In this document: one piece after another, positions 10,867-26,001 of the stretch
Numbering within the stretch: the stretch's first letter is position 1
Layout of the letters: each line of letters begins with the position of its first letter
Assembly: GCF_009914755.1 (NCBI RefSeq)
Contig: NC_060943.1
Strand: one strand, 5' to 3'
Length of the DNA: 64,000 bases
Origin: the human T2T-CHM13v2.0 reference genome, Homo sapiens
Translations under genes and position numbers: made by a program
The notes under the pieces: generated by a model
What the model saw: only the letters and a program-made list of their open reading frames with translations
Databases searched by the model: none
Told to the model about the DNA's origin: nothing

Positions 10867-12798
10867 CTGCAAGGCCAAGAGCAGGGAGGGCAAGGGGAGA
10901 GACAAGGTCACGTGGCATTGCGGGGCGCCCTGCTCCGCCACCCCTGACCCCTACAAAGCATAATCCACCTGATTCAGCCTCAGCTAGAGAAACTCTTCCA
11001 TAAAGCAAAAAGGTAAGGCAGTAGGTGAGAGTTTTACATGGAGCTGTCCCTTTAAACTACTAGGAAGTGTCAGCTGGTCCCCGGCAGCTGCAGGCTAAGA
11101 TTCCCCTCAGAATTGAACTGACATTCCCTGAGGGATTCAAGAAGAGCACAGGGTGAGTCAGGCAGAGCATGGCCACTTCGCCCGCACCCGCCCGCCCTAA
11201 CACCTCACAGCTGGGCCTGGGCAAGTCAGAGGCTGCGCTGGCACTGCGGGGTGCTGGCGGGCACTGGACGCAGCCCTGCCCCTCATCTCAGCCTCCTTCG
11301 CCCAGCACTCATGCTACGTGCGGGAAGCTCAGTGCTTCCTGCTCGGTCACTCACGGGCTTCCTTTCTGAGCCCCGTCGGCCCCTCTCCCCAGGACTCCAC
11401 ACCCCCAGGGTCCAGCCAGCTCAGGCCTGGCTTCGGGAAGCCAACTGCTGAGCGCCCACTGGGTCCCTGGGTCCCAGGTACCGCACGGAGCAAACAGCTC
11501 CCGGGCTTCTCAGAAGGGAAACCGCCTGGGTCGCTTTCCTAAAACACCGAGGACATTCCTAGGTCTCTGCCTCGGAAACCCCGGGGGTTTAGGGTGGAGC
11601 TGGACTCGGGGGCTGATCCCATTGAGGACAGAGGTAAGATGATGGCAGAGAGCAGCAGGACACAGGCCCAGGAGTGAGCCCAGCTCTGTGACCTGCACAC
11701 CACAGGACCCAGGCAGAAAACCGAAGCCATCTGTGCCTGCTTCCTCGAGGAAGGGCAAGGCCACCACCTCACTGGGCAATGGCACAGGCCAGGCTGGCAG
11801 CGAGCACACAGTGTGGGGGCTGCCAGCACCATGGCTGAGTTGGCTCAGCCCGCGGCCAGCCTGGGCGCTGCTGCTTGTATGCTGTATGTTTCTGCCCTAC
11901 ACCCCATCCGATAGGCACACTGCCAGCACTCCCCACGGTGGGAGCCACGCCTTCACCTTCCCTACAGAGACCCTGTATCACCCCACGCACCCAGGAGCAC
12001 TGAGCAGGCTTCTCTGCTGTTAGCCACCAGGGGCTCCACCCTTGCTAGGAAAGGAGCAGCGGCCAGCAGGTGCACGGCGGCCCCAGAGCCTGTCCAGACA
12101 ATTGTGTACCTGGCCTCCCGGCACAGAAGCCAGCAGCAGCCAGACCCCGAAGGCCCTGGGGAGGGGCTCCGGGAGCAGTGAGAGTACCAGGGAGGAGGGG
12201 GGCCACGCTTCACAGATCCCCCAAAGACATGCGGGAGGGGCAGGCTGGGTAGAGGCCTCTGAAAACCACCTGAGTGTCCAGGGACAGACTCCTCCCAGCA
12301 AAAAACCACAGGGCAGACACAGCTGCTGCCCCATGGCCAGTCTCCTGGGCTGGCCATCTTCTTGCAAAGCCACAGCCCACATTCAGTGTCAAAGGCTCAG
12401 GAACAGTACCAGTGGCTGTGAGGCCTCTGCCACCTCCTTGGAGAAAGGGCAAGCCCTGTGCCCAGCCTGGCTCTTCCACCTGGGACAGCGGGAGTGCCCC
12501 CAGAATCCCCCCAGCTGGCCTGGGCCATGCAGGGCTATCAGGGGGTGTCCCCTTGGGAGCTGGGGTGTGGAATGGGGCTGTGCTCCACAGCAAGCTACTA
12601 CCCAAGGAGGGAGGTGTGAGAGACTGCAATGCCACCTGCCACCCTGGCCTCTTCCAGCAGGGGACACACGCCCAGCTGGGCTGCAGGAGCTCAGCCGGGG
12701 TCACAGCCACCAAGGGCAGAATGAGAGCAAACTCCAAAGGCACGCCAGAGGCCCCTAACACAGGTCTCACTGTGTGCCCCTGGCCTGGAGTCAGCTGA

Positions 12799-13154
<356 letters not shown>

Positions 13155-15158
13155 AATTAGGCACTAAATTTTAAGCATAACATGAGCACTCTCCAGGGTG
13201 AGAAGCCATCAAAATCACGTTTGCAAGGTTGTCTGCGAACCTCCACGGGAAAGAGCAACCAGGCCAAGTACCTGACATTACATGGGTGACACCTGGCTCC
13301 CTGCAGCTGCTGCCAGGCAAGGCTGTGAGAGGGTCCTGCCCCCTCTATGAGGCTGTGGTTCCTGCCTGCCACGCCACTCTTGGGTGGTGGCTGTGAAGTG
13401 GGGACAAAACCCCAGGACTGAGTCCCCTAAAGCTGCCGCAGCTGCACTCACCAGCAGTCCCCCGGCCTGGGGATTCTGACGGGCAAGGCCCCAAAAGGCC
13501 CACCTATCCCATCTCTCTGGGCTCAGGGAGCCCTGCTGAGGCCCCTCTGCTTGGAGCACATGGCCCGGCCACTCACTCTCCAGGCAGAGAGCCAGTGACC
13601 AAAGGAGGTCGCTCAGCTGGGGAAGAGGCCGGTTCATGGGCCTGTGCCACCCAGGGCTCCATGGTGGGGCCGACAGCTCATTCGCCAGGCTAGGGCTCGG
13701 GGCAGAGGGGCTTTCTCAGAATGCCCTCAGCAGACAAGTGCCTCGGCAGGACCCCATGCTGCCCGATGCTCCCCACAGATGCCGCCTACATCTCTCCACC
13801 CGGTAGCTGGAGAAGCCTCCAGGGACGGAGAGGGTGGAGCCCACAGGCCTCCTAAGCCTGGTGGATAAACTCACCAGCTGGGGCCTCCAGGGGTCTCAGA
13901 GACACTCCGGCAAAAGATACCACCAGCAGCCCCAGCAGACGCAGCCCCGCCAGCCCCAGGGAGGGCACCTCTCCAACCAAGAAGTCCTTTCTACGCAGGG
14001 TTTTAGGTGGCTTGAAGTGACCCGTACAGAAGAAATCTTGTTGTGGTAGCTGAGAGGGACACTGCCGAGATCCCCAGCAAGAGCTTTTCCTTCATTGAGC
14101 CTCCACAAGGCTCAGGGAGAGATAGGCCAGGAGGCCGAGTGGGGAGACCCCAGGGTTCCGTTTCCTACTCAGAGAAACTGGCAAGTCTGACGATTTCTAA
14201 GACCTGCTGGCCTTGGGGAAAGAGCCAGAAAGACCTGCCTGGGTGCTGCGGTTCTTCTCCCGCATGGCTGACGGTGAGTCTGTGAGGCAGCTGGAGAGCC
14301 CTGCCTGTCCTGCCTGGGATGGCTGGGCCCACACGCAGGGCCTGGCAGACAAGTGAGGTGAGGAGAAAGGAGAGGACCGGTGGAGAGATGTGTGGGTGGC
14401 AGGCACCGGGCAGCTGCCCCGAGGGCCCGTGCCGCTCAGCCTCCAGGAACGGCTGTGCTGAGTGGGCAGCTACAGAGGACTGGGGCGTGCTCAGGGGTTA
14501 AAGGGACACTGTGATGCCATCAAAGGGCTTTCTAGCTTGTCTTCTGAATTGCTGCTCAGGGATGGTTTAGAGAGAGAAGCCTCAGAAAGGCCGAGTGCCA
14601 CCCACCTGACCGACTGGGCCGAGATGAGACCGTAAAAAGTTTCTTCCACACTGAAATTCAGCTGGCACCCACCTGGCTTCCCCTGCCCTTCCCCCACGAA
14701 ACTCTGCAGTGAGCCATAGCCCGAGATGCAAAGCCTGGCATAGCCAAGGGCAGAAGTAGCCCCAGCTGCCCTCAGGAGGGTTGAAGAGGTGGGTAGCTGC
14801 AGCCTAGACAGAGACACTCTACCCAGCGGCCGCCCCAACAGCCTTCGGCGAAGGTCTCAGGGCTTCAGGCCGAGCAGTCCTGGGGCCCTGCCATCACTTG
14901 GCAGAACGGGAGAGGACTAGGCAGGGTCTCTGGCCTCAAGATGAACAGGGCAAAGAGCCCATGATCACGGGCTTATTCCTGAAATCCTAGGGAAGCGGCA
15001 GTGCGCAGCGAGGGGTGTGCAGAGAGCTCAAAGAGGAAGACGCCAAGGGAGCGAGCAGGTGCGGAAGGCCCAGCCCAGTGGAGGGAGGGCGCCGGGGCCA
15101 GACCCACCACAGCTGGGCCCCGGCGCTCCCACGCGACTGGGCCTTCCGCCTCACTAAC

Positions 15159-15284
15159 CTTGGAGCCGTGGGATGGTTTGGTCTTCTTGGGGTCAGAGAA
15201 GGCAGAGAGTGGAATTGTGGGTAACATGGGGTAGTCGGGACTGGGCCTGGACACCGTGTCTGCTCCTTCGGGCATTACCATCAC
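15159..15284 (-). CDS. MLLT1: MLLT1 exon 5 (126 nt; [10 protein letters not shown]...KPSHGSK)
   Basis: cactag acceptor, GTTAGT donor; in frame. Confidence 0.97.
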
Positions 15285-17679
15285 CTAGTGACAGAGAAGA
15301 GACAGTCATTATCGATGGGCAGGGGGCAGGGGGCCCACACGGGCCGGGCTGAAGGTGGTGGGGCTTCCCTCTGCAGGAGGGGAGAAGGGAGAGCCTGAGC
15401 GCTTTCCCGAAAGAATCCCAGGTGCTTCCCTGCTGGGGACTGGGTGCTGAGCACGCAGAAGAAGCAGGCATGGGTGGGGAGCGAAGAAAAGCCCAGGGTC
15501 CCAGGATGGCTGGGACCAGGTGGGGCCACGCGGCCTTCCGGGAACAGTGGACCGGAGGGCTGGCCCAAGAAGACTTGCGGAGCACACTGAGAATCATGAG
15601 AAGGCAGCTGCGGCCGAAGCCTGACCTACGCGCTTAGGTTTAGGGGGAACAGCTCAGAAGTGTGAGAGGCCAGCCAGATGCCTGCGAAAGGCAGGCAGCA
15701 ACTTCCCGGGGTGCACATGGGTGCAACTCCAGTGGGTCCCACGTGCCCGGAGAATGAGCCGTCCTTGGTGTGCGGTGACTGCAGCGGACCCGAACAGGGC
15801 AAGAGCACCCAGGCTGAGGCCGAGACCAAGGCAGACGACCTGTGCCTACTGGGGGGGTCTCTCTGCAAAGCAGGCCCGAGTGAGCCAGCGAGCCTGCAGC
15901 ATGGGGCACCTGCTCCTGCGCTCCATCAGAGGCTACGGATGACGAAAGTTCTGGGGTCCTTCCAGGAGGGCTCCCAGGAAACACCTGCTGTGCAGGGGGA
16001 AGCTCGGAGCAAGGTCTTGAGATATCAACACTGCGAGTTAAGGAATGCCACCACCACAGAGAAAAGCCTCCCAGATGGCCGCAAGAGAGAACAAAAGAAG
16101 AAAATACACTTCAAAAAAAAAGTATTGAAGTCGGTAGAAGAAGCACTGCTAACAGCCTTGAGCACCTGCAGTTCCCGGCCAGCCAAGCCTTTCATCTAAG
16201 GACACTGATGTCATGCGGCCATGGGGACATTGGCTGAAAAGAGGCCATGGGCCCCTAGGGTCCCTGCTCTGAGCTGCTTCTCAGAGCCTGTCTGACCATG
16301 ATAGCTCAGCACTGACAGCATGTGTGCCCCAGCCGTCCCTGAAAACACGCCACGGGAGGCCCTCCACACTCTGGAGCACGCACATCACGCAAGCTCACGG
16401 AGGAGCCACAGAAGGCTGCCATGCACAGACGGGCTTGCCAGGAGGCTGAGCCCCATTCGCTCTCAGGCCCATTCCTTCGACTCTCATGGTAATTTACCTT
16501 CTTTCCCCTCAAAACAATGCCCTAGACTGACTGTTTCAGGATCACGCAGTGTCTCGCTCTAGCACAGACCGTTGAGAAAAAGGAACTGGGAACTGAACAC
16601 GCAGATGACTCCCACCTCCAACAAGTGCTGCCAGGAGGACCAGGCTCCCCGGCGGAAACACAGACCCTCAGCCATGGGGGCAGAGACAAGACATGGTCCT
16701 AAGGGGCACAAGGCTGGAACGGCGGAAAGTCCTACCCTCTCTCCCATTACCGATCTCCAAGCAACCCCCAGTGAGAGGAGCAGAGAAAGCAGCGCTCGCT
16801 GACACAGAAACCAGCCCCTCCTCCCGGGTCTCCCAGCACCCACGGCGGGGGGCTGGGGTCACCTGCTGCTAGACGGCCACTGCCTGGTCCCGGGAAGCCC
16901 CGAGAGGAGCCCCTGCCACCGAGGCCTCCGGCTGCTCCTAAGGCTGAGAGCCCCACTCCAGGGCAAGCCCTGGAGGCCTGGAAAGTTCCTGCCCAGACAG
17001 CCAGCTCCCCAGACAGCCCACCCTCAGAGGGCAGAGCGCCCAGCGCCTGGGGCAGAGACCCCCCACGGCGCCTGCTTCAGCCTGCGCGTCTCTCTGTGGA
17101 GCCAGCGCTCCCTCCTGACTGGCCCTTCCTCCCAGCCTTGCCCTGCGCCTCCTCCCCGCCCCTGGCTTTTATGTGTTGAGACGATGCCCTCAGAGCCTTC
17201 ATCGCTGCGGAGCAAAGGAAGCCGCCTCCCACAGGGAGCCAGGTCCTGGCTGCAGCCCAGAGCGGCCCAGGGAACGCCACTTCCCACAGCCACGCCACCA
17301 CGGAACCTCCGGGGACGCCCAAAAACACCTACTGCAAACGTGGTGAAAACACCTGGCCATGAAAGAAGGTGGAAAAGCGGAGCCAGGAGGGCGCTGGGAC
17401 CCAGCCCTCACATCCTCAGGCCACCCAGCACTCAGCCACGCCATCCACATAGGCCCACGCCGGCACTGCCCTCCCCGGATCAGAACCACAAGCAGGGCTT
17501 CACAAGGATCACAGCAGGACTCACTCAAGCTTCTACATGGACAGACGCCTCGTTCTTCTTAGGAGAACGACGGCCACCAAGGACCTGACCATGCCCCATG
17601 AGGAGGAAGGAGGACTCCCCAGCCTGACACCCACAGCCACGGTGCCCCAAATTCACTCAGGAGGCGACCCACCCCACCC

Positions 17680-18065
17680 GCATACCCCACACGTCATACA
17701 TGCCACATACACACCTGACACATTCACATACTCCCCATAACACACGTCACACCATACGTGCGTGACACACCACACACTTCCCGCAAGTGACACGACACAC
17801 ACGCCATGCACACACCATACATGACACAGCAGACAGCGTATGTACATACCACACAACACACACACGCGCCCCACACCCGTGACACCACACACCACACCCC
17901 TACATGCCACACATGCCACACACTGTACATGCCACACCCCACACATACACACGACACACACCCCATACCACACATGCCACTCACACCATACACGAGACAC
18001 ATGCCACACACAACACACGTACATACACATGACACACCACACACCGCACACGACACACAACACGC
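17680..18065. repeat. Degenerate (CA)n low-complexity tract, UG-rich in the pre-mRNA
   Basis: About 390 nt of cacacac/catac/cacatgc units. Confidence 0.9.
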
Positions 18066-18751
18066 CACCCCAGCCCGCTCCATCACAGGCTCAGGCTGGC
18101 ACCCAGGCAAAGGCTCTGTGGCCCTGGGCCCTGAAGGTGGCATTGCTGTTCTGTGACCAGGCCTCAGCCTGCACGTCCCTCCCTCCACGCCCCCCTCCTC
18201 CATAACCACCACCAGCCCTGCGCCCACCCTGTTGCCAAGAGCCCTCGTGGGGAACTCTGAGCCCCCACAGGGTCCGGAGGGCTCGACTCCAGCCACCGCA
18301 TGGGGGTCCCGGCCACACGACTCCTGGAGAGCCCTGGTCCCAGAGCTGGCACTGTCGTCTGGCCTCCCGAAGTCAGAGGTGATGGCGATGCGCACAGCAG
18401 GGGCCCTGTGCAGAGGCCCTGCCCAGCTAGTTACAAGCCAGCTCCAGGCCCAGCCACGCAGTCAGACCAGCCTCGCGCCCATCCCTTCCCAGCACTTCCT
18501 GCAGGAAGGTGCTAATTACCCATGGCCACCCAGAAGCACAGGGTGACCAGCAACGAGTCACCTGCAGCCACCACGCCCCGGCACAGGTTGTGGAGCTCCC
18601 AGGTCCCCTCCAGCTCTGCTGGGTGCTGCCGTGTGACCTGCGCCTTGGGTCTCGGCCCCCAGCACCGACACCTCTGGCTGGGCACAGACGGCCGCAGCAA
18701 AGTAGCCTCGGTGGAGCGGCCCCTTGGCGGGCAGGGGCGGGGCACACTCAC

Positions 18752-18895
18752 CCCGCCGGCCCGCAGGAGCTTGTACCGGAACTCCGTGGTGGGGTTGTTG
18801 AAGGTGAGCTTCTCGCAGCGCAGGTGGTTCACGGGCGGGTTGCCTTCCAGGTTCAGGAACAGGTCGTAGGTGAAGCAGACCTTCCTCGGCTCCTC
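18752..18895 (-). CDS. MLLT1: MLLT1 exon 4 (144 nt), end of YEATS ([48 protein letters not shown])
   Basis: tttcag acceptor, GTGAGT donor; translation matches ENL. Confidence 0.98.
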
Positions 18896-19700
18896 CTGAA
18901 ACAGAGAAAACAAGAAAGTCTGCATCAGAGGGTGGCCGTGGGGCAGGGACACAGCTCCCCATTGGCCCTGGTCCTCCCCTCTCCCTCACTGGGCCTCTGT
19001 TCCCCTCCCTCCGATTTGCGCCCACTTCTCTCTCAGGGCACCTCCTGCCCTGCCCTTATTCAAAATCGACCAGCTTACTATGTGCAGCTAACTGGGTCTT
19101 GCAGGCCCCATGGCAGAAAGAAAGCTCATTCATAGCCATGCTCTCGGACTGTTATGGGAAACATGTACCCCCTTCAACCCTCACAGCGCCACTGACAGAC
19201 AGGGAAACCGACGCACAGACACCAACCAACACGTGGCAGCACTGAGACCTGCCCCAGGCCTCTGAGGCCCACAATCTCACCACCTCTATTCCCCACTTCC
19301 TTTGCAGCCAGGGCCAAGCCCGACAGACGCAGGACACAGGACACAGACTCAAACGACAGCACAGCACCCAGAGGGGGCAAAAGTACAAGGTCACGACCCA
19401 GTTTCCAGGAGGCTCTGTCCACTTTGGGTGCCGCCCCGCACCCTCGCCACCCCAGAAGACAGGGACGCTCGCCTGGCATGGGGCAGGCGCTGATGGATTT
19501 TCCGCACGAAGGTGTGAGGAGTTGACAGGGTGGCCTGGAAAAGGGCTGTGAGTGAGGGGCTGTGATGAATACAGAAAGGCCAGGAGGGCTCAGGGCAGGC
19601 AGGCTTGCAGGAAGGAGCTGTCTGCACGGGCTCCTGTGGAGGCCTAGCCACATGTGCAGGGGCTGTGTTTCTGTGAACCTTGAAATTTCGAAGCAAGACA

Positions 19701-19982
19701 TTTTTTTTTTTGAGATGGAGTCTTGCTCTGTTGCCCAGGCTGGAGTGCAGTGGCGCGATCTCGGCTCACTGCAAGCTCCACCTCCCTGGTTCATGCCTGG
19801 AGCCTCCCAAGCAGCTGGGACTACAGGCGCCCGCCACCACGTCTGGCTAATTTTTTGTATTTTCAGTAAAGACGGGGTTTCACCATGTTAACCAGGATGG
19901 TCTCCATCTCCTGACCTCGTGACCCACCCGCCTCAGCCTCCCAAAGTGCTGGGATTACAGGTGTGAGCCACCGCGCCCAGCT
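19701..19982 (-). mobile_element. AluY-like element with a small internal deletion
   Basis: Poly-T then reverse Alu; TSD gaagcaagaca at 19690-19700 and 19983-19993. Confidence 0.92.
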
Positions 19983-20136
19983 GAAGCAAGACAATTTCAT
20001 CTGCTTTTCCTTAAGAACCCTGCCCCATCCCAAATGATGTAAGCCACAGGTCCCAGGGGAGTGTGGGAAAACCGCACTATGACAAGCACGAATGTCACAC
20101 GGAGGAAGGGAGGTTTTCATGGAAACAACGTGCATG

Positions 20137-21050
<914 letters not shown>

Positions 21051-24000
21051 ACTTTGTTAAAATGCAGTCCACCGGGATAAAAATAACTAAGAGGATGGGC
21101 GTCCCGTGAAGGCTTCTGAGTTGGGGAACACTGCTGAGAAGCTCGAGACATCACACCAGCTCAGTCAGCAGTGGGGACGCAAGGCAGAGCTCTGGGCCCG
21201 GCGTCCTCTGCACCCTCTTTATTCTCAGCCCTTTCCCCAGCAGCCTAAGCTCGCAGGTGTACGGCCACACCCTCAGTCCTGGTGAGAGGGGACAGACCAA
21301 GGGGCTCGAGGTGCTGCAGAGTGCCGTCTCTCCCCAGCCTGCCTGCAGTGCCGGACGGCTCACACGGGTGGCACCAGGCTCCGCAAGCTCCGGGGACAGG
21401 CGCCTCCTGGGAGTCGGGGCCCAGCTAGTAACACAGTTGGCAGCGGCAGCTCCTGCGGCCGCCCAGGAGTCCCAAGTGCACCTGCATGGGAAGGAGCCTC
21501 CAGAACCACGAGTCCGGTCAGAGCAGACAAGTGAACATGAACAGGTTCCCGATCCAAGGCCAGCGGGTGTGGCCGACAGTGACCTTGTGTGGGGAAAGCC
21601 CCGATCTCAGAAAAGTGGGTCTCTGCCCCAGCCCCAGGCGGGGAGGTGTGACCTGTCTGGGCCAGGCTAGGGCTCCCTCCCCTTGTCCGAGGGGACATGT
21701 GACAGGCTTGGGTAAGGACATGGAAGGGAGGGCGGCCTAGGGAGGGCTTTCCTTCCCAAGTCATAAACAAAACTGCAGGGACAAAGTTTCTCACCACCTC
21801 TCTTTGTCCTGCCAAAACGCGAGAGGTGGTGCCTGTGGGGGCGGCTTCCACCACAGGACTATGTGGAGGGATGCCAGGCCCTGGCGCCTCTTGCCTTCTT
21901 GTCCTGTAAGAAGACCAGCCCCTACAGGAAGCCCCTGCTACACAGCTGGTCCGAGCAACTGAATGTATCCCTAACCGACACGCCCCCCGCCAAGTCCACA
22001 CTTCCCCTACGCAGCTTTCCTTGAGGACTCAAATGTGGCCACGTGCCCCTCCTCTGTGGCCCCTGCCTTTAAGGAGACACTTGTCCCAGTGGGTCCCTGC
22101 CAAACTGGGAACCTGGGGCTGTGAGGACTCCTCTCCTGTCTTCCCCCGAGGTACGCAGCTGGCCTAGTTCCAAGTGAGCCAACTGAGTGAGATGCTAGGG
22201 CAGACTGGAGGGGGGATGGTCCAGCAGCAGGGGTGGGAGGGGCTGGGAAGGCTCCCTGGAGGCTGTGGTGGGGCTGAAGGATGGCCAGGAGCTGGTTGGC
22301 TCAAGAAGGGTAAGAGGTGGACGGGTGCCCAGGCTGGACCGCCAGGAGCACGCGTGGCCTCACACAGGAAACAGTGGCATGGACTGCGGTGTCCTCGCGG
22401 GACCCCCGGGCTCCAGCACAGCTGTGGTGGAGACAGGTGGTGACGCCGACCCTGGGGAGAAGGGCCTTGGCCGCCCCTGCGGAGGGGGAGCCCTGTGCGG
22501 AGGTGGAGGAGGGTTTTCAGCTCAGGAACAACGGTCACATCCATGTCTCAGGAAGCCACACCCTCCGGCCTATGGCGCAAAGGCACTTCTGGGCACAGGG
22601 CTGGCTGGAACCTGGCAGATAAAGGGGAACGAGGTGGGGGAGGAGAGCTCTTGTCCTGCCTTTCCTACAGAAGTGACACCACTAGGTGAACCCGGAGAAG
22701 GCAAGCAGCTAACCTGCACAGACTGTCCTAGCTGACCCAAGAAGGACCACGAGAGCATCCTAGCACCTCACCATCCACTTGGCCGACAGCAGAGACGTGG
22801 GCAGCCACACAGAGAGACCAAGCCTCCAGATTCAGGCCCCCAAGACACGGACACACGAGTCAGAGGGCGATCCTGAGTGCCACTGCATGTCCACAAGCAG
22901 CAAAAACCAGATGGTACCAAGCTCTGTGGGACACATGGTCCTGACTCTTCACCAAATACATAGCAAAGCAAAAAAAGAGTGCTTGAATGAAAAGGGGGCG
23001 GGAGAATCTAGAAAGGAATTTAAGAGACAAACCAAAGAATCACAGCGTGTGGATCTCATCAATGTCCTGATTCAAACAAACAAACAAAAAAAAAAAACAA
23101 GACTTTAAACACTGGCATATTGAGAGACTAAGGGATTATTAATCATCAATTAATATAACCAAGTAACATGGTAACATAAGAGATGACTAATTCATGGGTA
23201 TGGTCCTGGTAGCACTGTCTTGTTAGAGGCCCCTTTTGAAATATTTACACATGAAATGAGGATGTCTGGGATTTGCTCCAGAATGACCAGGAGGGCAGCG
23301 CAGGCTGGAACGGGCTTGGCTGTGCAGGGACCACCTTTGGGTGGGTGACGGCTACGAGGGGGTTTGTTGCATCTGCCTCTGTAAATGCTTCCAACTTTCC
23401 CTGGTAACTTCTGAGTGGACGCTGGCAGCACGGCTGTGCAGAGGATGAACGTGGCTGGGGGGCATCCTCGTGCAGAAAGCCTGGGGCCTGAGGGACACCA
23501 GCGGGAGCCTGGCCACGGTCCTGCCTCCTAGGCCTCAGGTTCCTCACGGGCAGCATGGGGGGATTCGCTGCAATGCCACAGCCACAGTGCTCAGCACCCT
23601 GCCTATCACCCACAGAAGCCGTGAGTGCCCCCACAAAGCAGCCTGGGCTAAGAAGGGCACCTGGGGAGGCGCAGCCAGACGGTACCAAAGCACTGGGATG
23701 CCCCAGGGACGCTCCCTAGCTCTGCCCACTGCCTGGCACAGGGCACCCTGGGGCTCGGAACTGGGTCCTCTCCTCTCCACACTCCTGGCCACAGCTGTGC
23801 ACCCTGGCTGCACAGCGAGTCCAGCCGCTTCTCCCAAGCTCCTCAGCCAGCCCCTCTCTCCTGGACCACCTGCCTCCTAACCGTCACCCGCTTCCACCAC
23901 AGCCCCCTTTCAGGCACGGTATCTCCATGGGCTCAGGGCTCACCCTAGCCCACCAATGGCCTCGATGAGCCTGGAGGAGGCTCCACATCCTCGGTGCAGC

Positions 24001-25657
24001 CAGAGGGACATGCTGCCTTCTTCCACGCCTCCTCCACCCAGCTCACCCCTTCCTGACCCCCACCCGCCCTTATCCCGGCCTGCTGCTGTCCCCAGGCACA
24101 GAGCACAGCTCACTCTCTGCCAGCTCTCCTTACAGTCCAAAGCATGTCTGTCTTCTGTCCCAGCATCCCACTGACCCATGAACACCACACACAATGGGAC
24201 TGTCCTGTTTTGTTCCTGATGGGCCTGGTGCTGGACTAGCACCCTGTCTGCTGAACATCCCTAAATACTCATGTATCCACCAAAAATGCCACAGGCACCT
24301 ACCATAAGATCCCAGCAGGGATCACAAGAGAGAAGAGGTCTCTAATCTTACGGATAGTCAGAGCACAAAGGCGAAACAGCCACGCAGCAGTGACACCAGT
24401 GTGACACCAACTGTACCGTGTCACAGTGTCTGCAGAGCGCTGATGGTGACCAGGCACTTTCTAAGCACTCAGCGGATACGAATGCTTCACAGCCCCAAAC
24501 CCAGGGGTTCCTGGTGTCCCCCCGTCACAGATGAAGATGCTGAATCAGACAGGGGATCTGGGCAGCAGCAGAGCCAGCGCACCCCGGCAGAGGTTCTTGG
24601 GAAGCCCCAGGTCTTGGAGAGGTTCCTGTTGCCCACACAAACCAAACAGGGAAGGCAGCCACGACGAGGAGACCCGGCATGTTCACAACTGCAGAGAGGG
24701 GCAGCACCGAAAAGCAAGGAAGGCACCCCCTGCCGGCCAGGTAGAGGTCACGCCCCGAAGCACCCTGCGGCCAGCACCCTGGGATTGAGATTGGCTGCTG
24801 GAAGCGGCCAGTGAGTCACGGGCACTGGGAATGACTAAACGGCATGCCCTCTACACGAGACCTGGGCCTACAAAGCTTAGGAGCATCCCAGGGGGCTGCG
24901 GACCCCTTCCTGGCTACCCCTGGAAACCAGCCTCCTGGGAGATGTTGGGATAGCAGCTCCTTCATGCCCCTGAGGCCTGGCAGCAGGCTCCGTGAGCAAT
25001 GGCAAAGTCAAAGGTGGCTGGCCAACCAGCCCAGGTGGGACACCCTTAGCGACTCCAGCCGGACTGTGCTGTGACCCACTAATGTCAGTAGCCTCCTAGA
25101 GTCACGTGTTCTTGGGCCGGGCCAGGTCGCGAGCAGCTCCCCACTCCCAGGCTGCTGGCCACGAGCCAGCGTCTCTCTGGCCTCGGGAAACTAAGATGCA
25201 GACGAACTGGCCAAACAGGTGCCTGTGCCAAAGGCTGCAGCATGCACCATCCCGTGCCCGGGGTGGGGAGTCCAGGCAGCGAGCCCGCCACGCCTGCTGG
25301 TGCTCCTTGGGATGAGGATCACAGGCGCCGAGTGGCCAGGCTGGCCTTGGCACGAGGCACAGCAAGGCAAAGGCCCTGTGGCCGGCGGGCCATGCGTGGA
25401 GCGCCTGCTGCTGCCACCACCTCTGAGAGGCCACACTCCCTCTGCCCCACACCCCACCTGGAGGACACCCAGCCTTCCCTCCCAATCCTGGATGTGAGGG
25501 GAGAGCAACCAGCCCTCCTGCAAGGTCTTCCCGCTCCTGCCGACCCTGGCTGTCTCCTGGCCATCTCTGCCCCGCCAAGCTTGTCCAGCGGCTGCTCAGC
25601 ATTCCCCTCTGAGGCCCCAGGGTTCACAGACACATGCTGGGCTTAAAAAAACATTTT

Positions 25658-25964
25658 GGCCAGGCGCGGTGGCTCACGCCTGTAATCCCATCACTTTGGG
25701 AGGCCGAGGCAGGTGGATCACAAGGTCAGGAGATCGAGACCATCCTGGCTAACACAGTGAAACCCCATCTCTACTAAAAATACAAAAAAAAAAAAAAAAA
25801 ATTAGCTGGGCGTGGTGGCGGACGCCTGTAGTCCCAGCTACTCGGGAGGCTGAGGCAGGAGAATGGCATGAACCCAGGAGGCGGAGCTTGCAATGATGGA
25901 GATTGAGCCACTCCAGCCTGGGCGACTAAGTGAGACTCTTGTCTCAAAAAAAAAAAAAAAAAAA
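25658..25964 (+). mobile_element. AluY-like element
   Basis: gagatcgagaccatcctggctaacac diagnostic; expanded middle A tract. Confidence 0.92.
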
Positions 25965-26001
25965 GATGCTTAAGAGACGAAGCAATCAAGAGAAATGCTT
26001 G

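Noticed and set aside
10310-10963. 217-aa plus-strand ORF
   Set aside because: Antisense shadow of exon 6 codon bias.
12021-12039. Second CTCF-like sequence TAGCCACCAGGGGCTCCAC
   Set aside because: One G short and lacks the GGCRS 3' end; much weaker than 6837-6855.
17653-18205. Cys/Val- and His/Thr-rich ORFs (also 27592-28139)
   Set aside because: Translations of (CA/TG)n low-complexity DNA, not metal-binding proteins.
21218-21223. Intronic AATAAA on the transcript strand
   Set aside because: Isolated hexamer with no clear downstream GU/U element; expected by chance.
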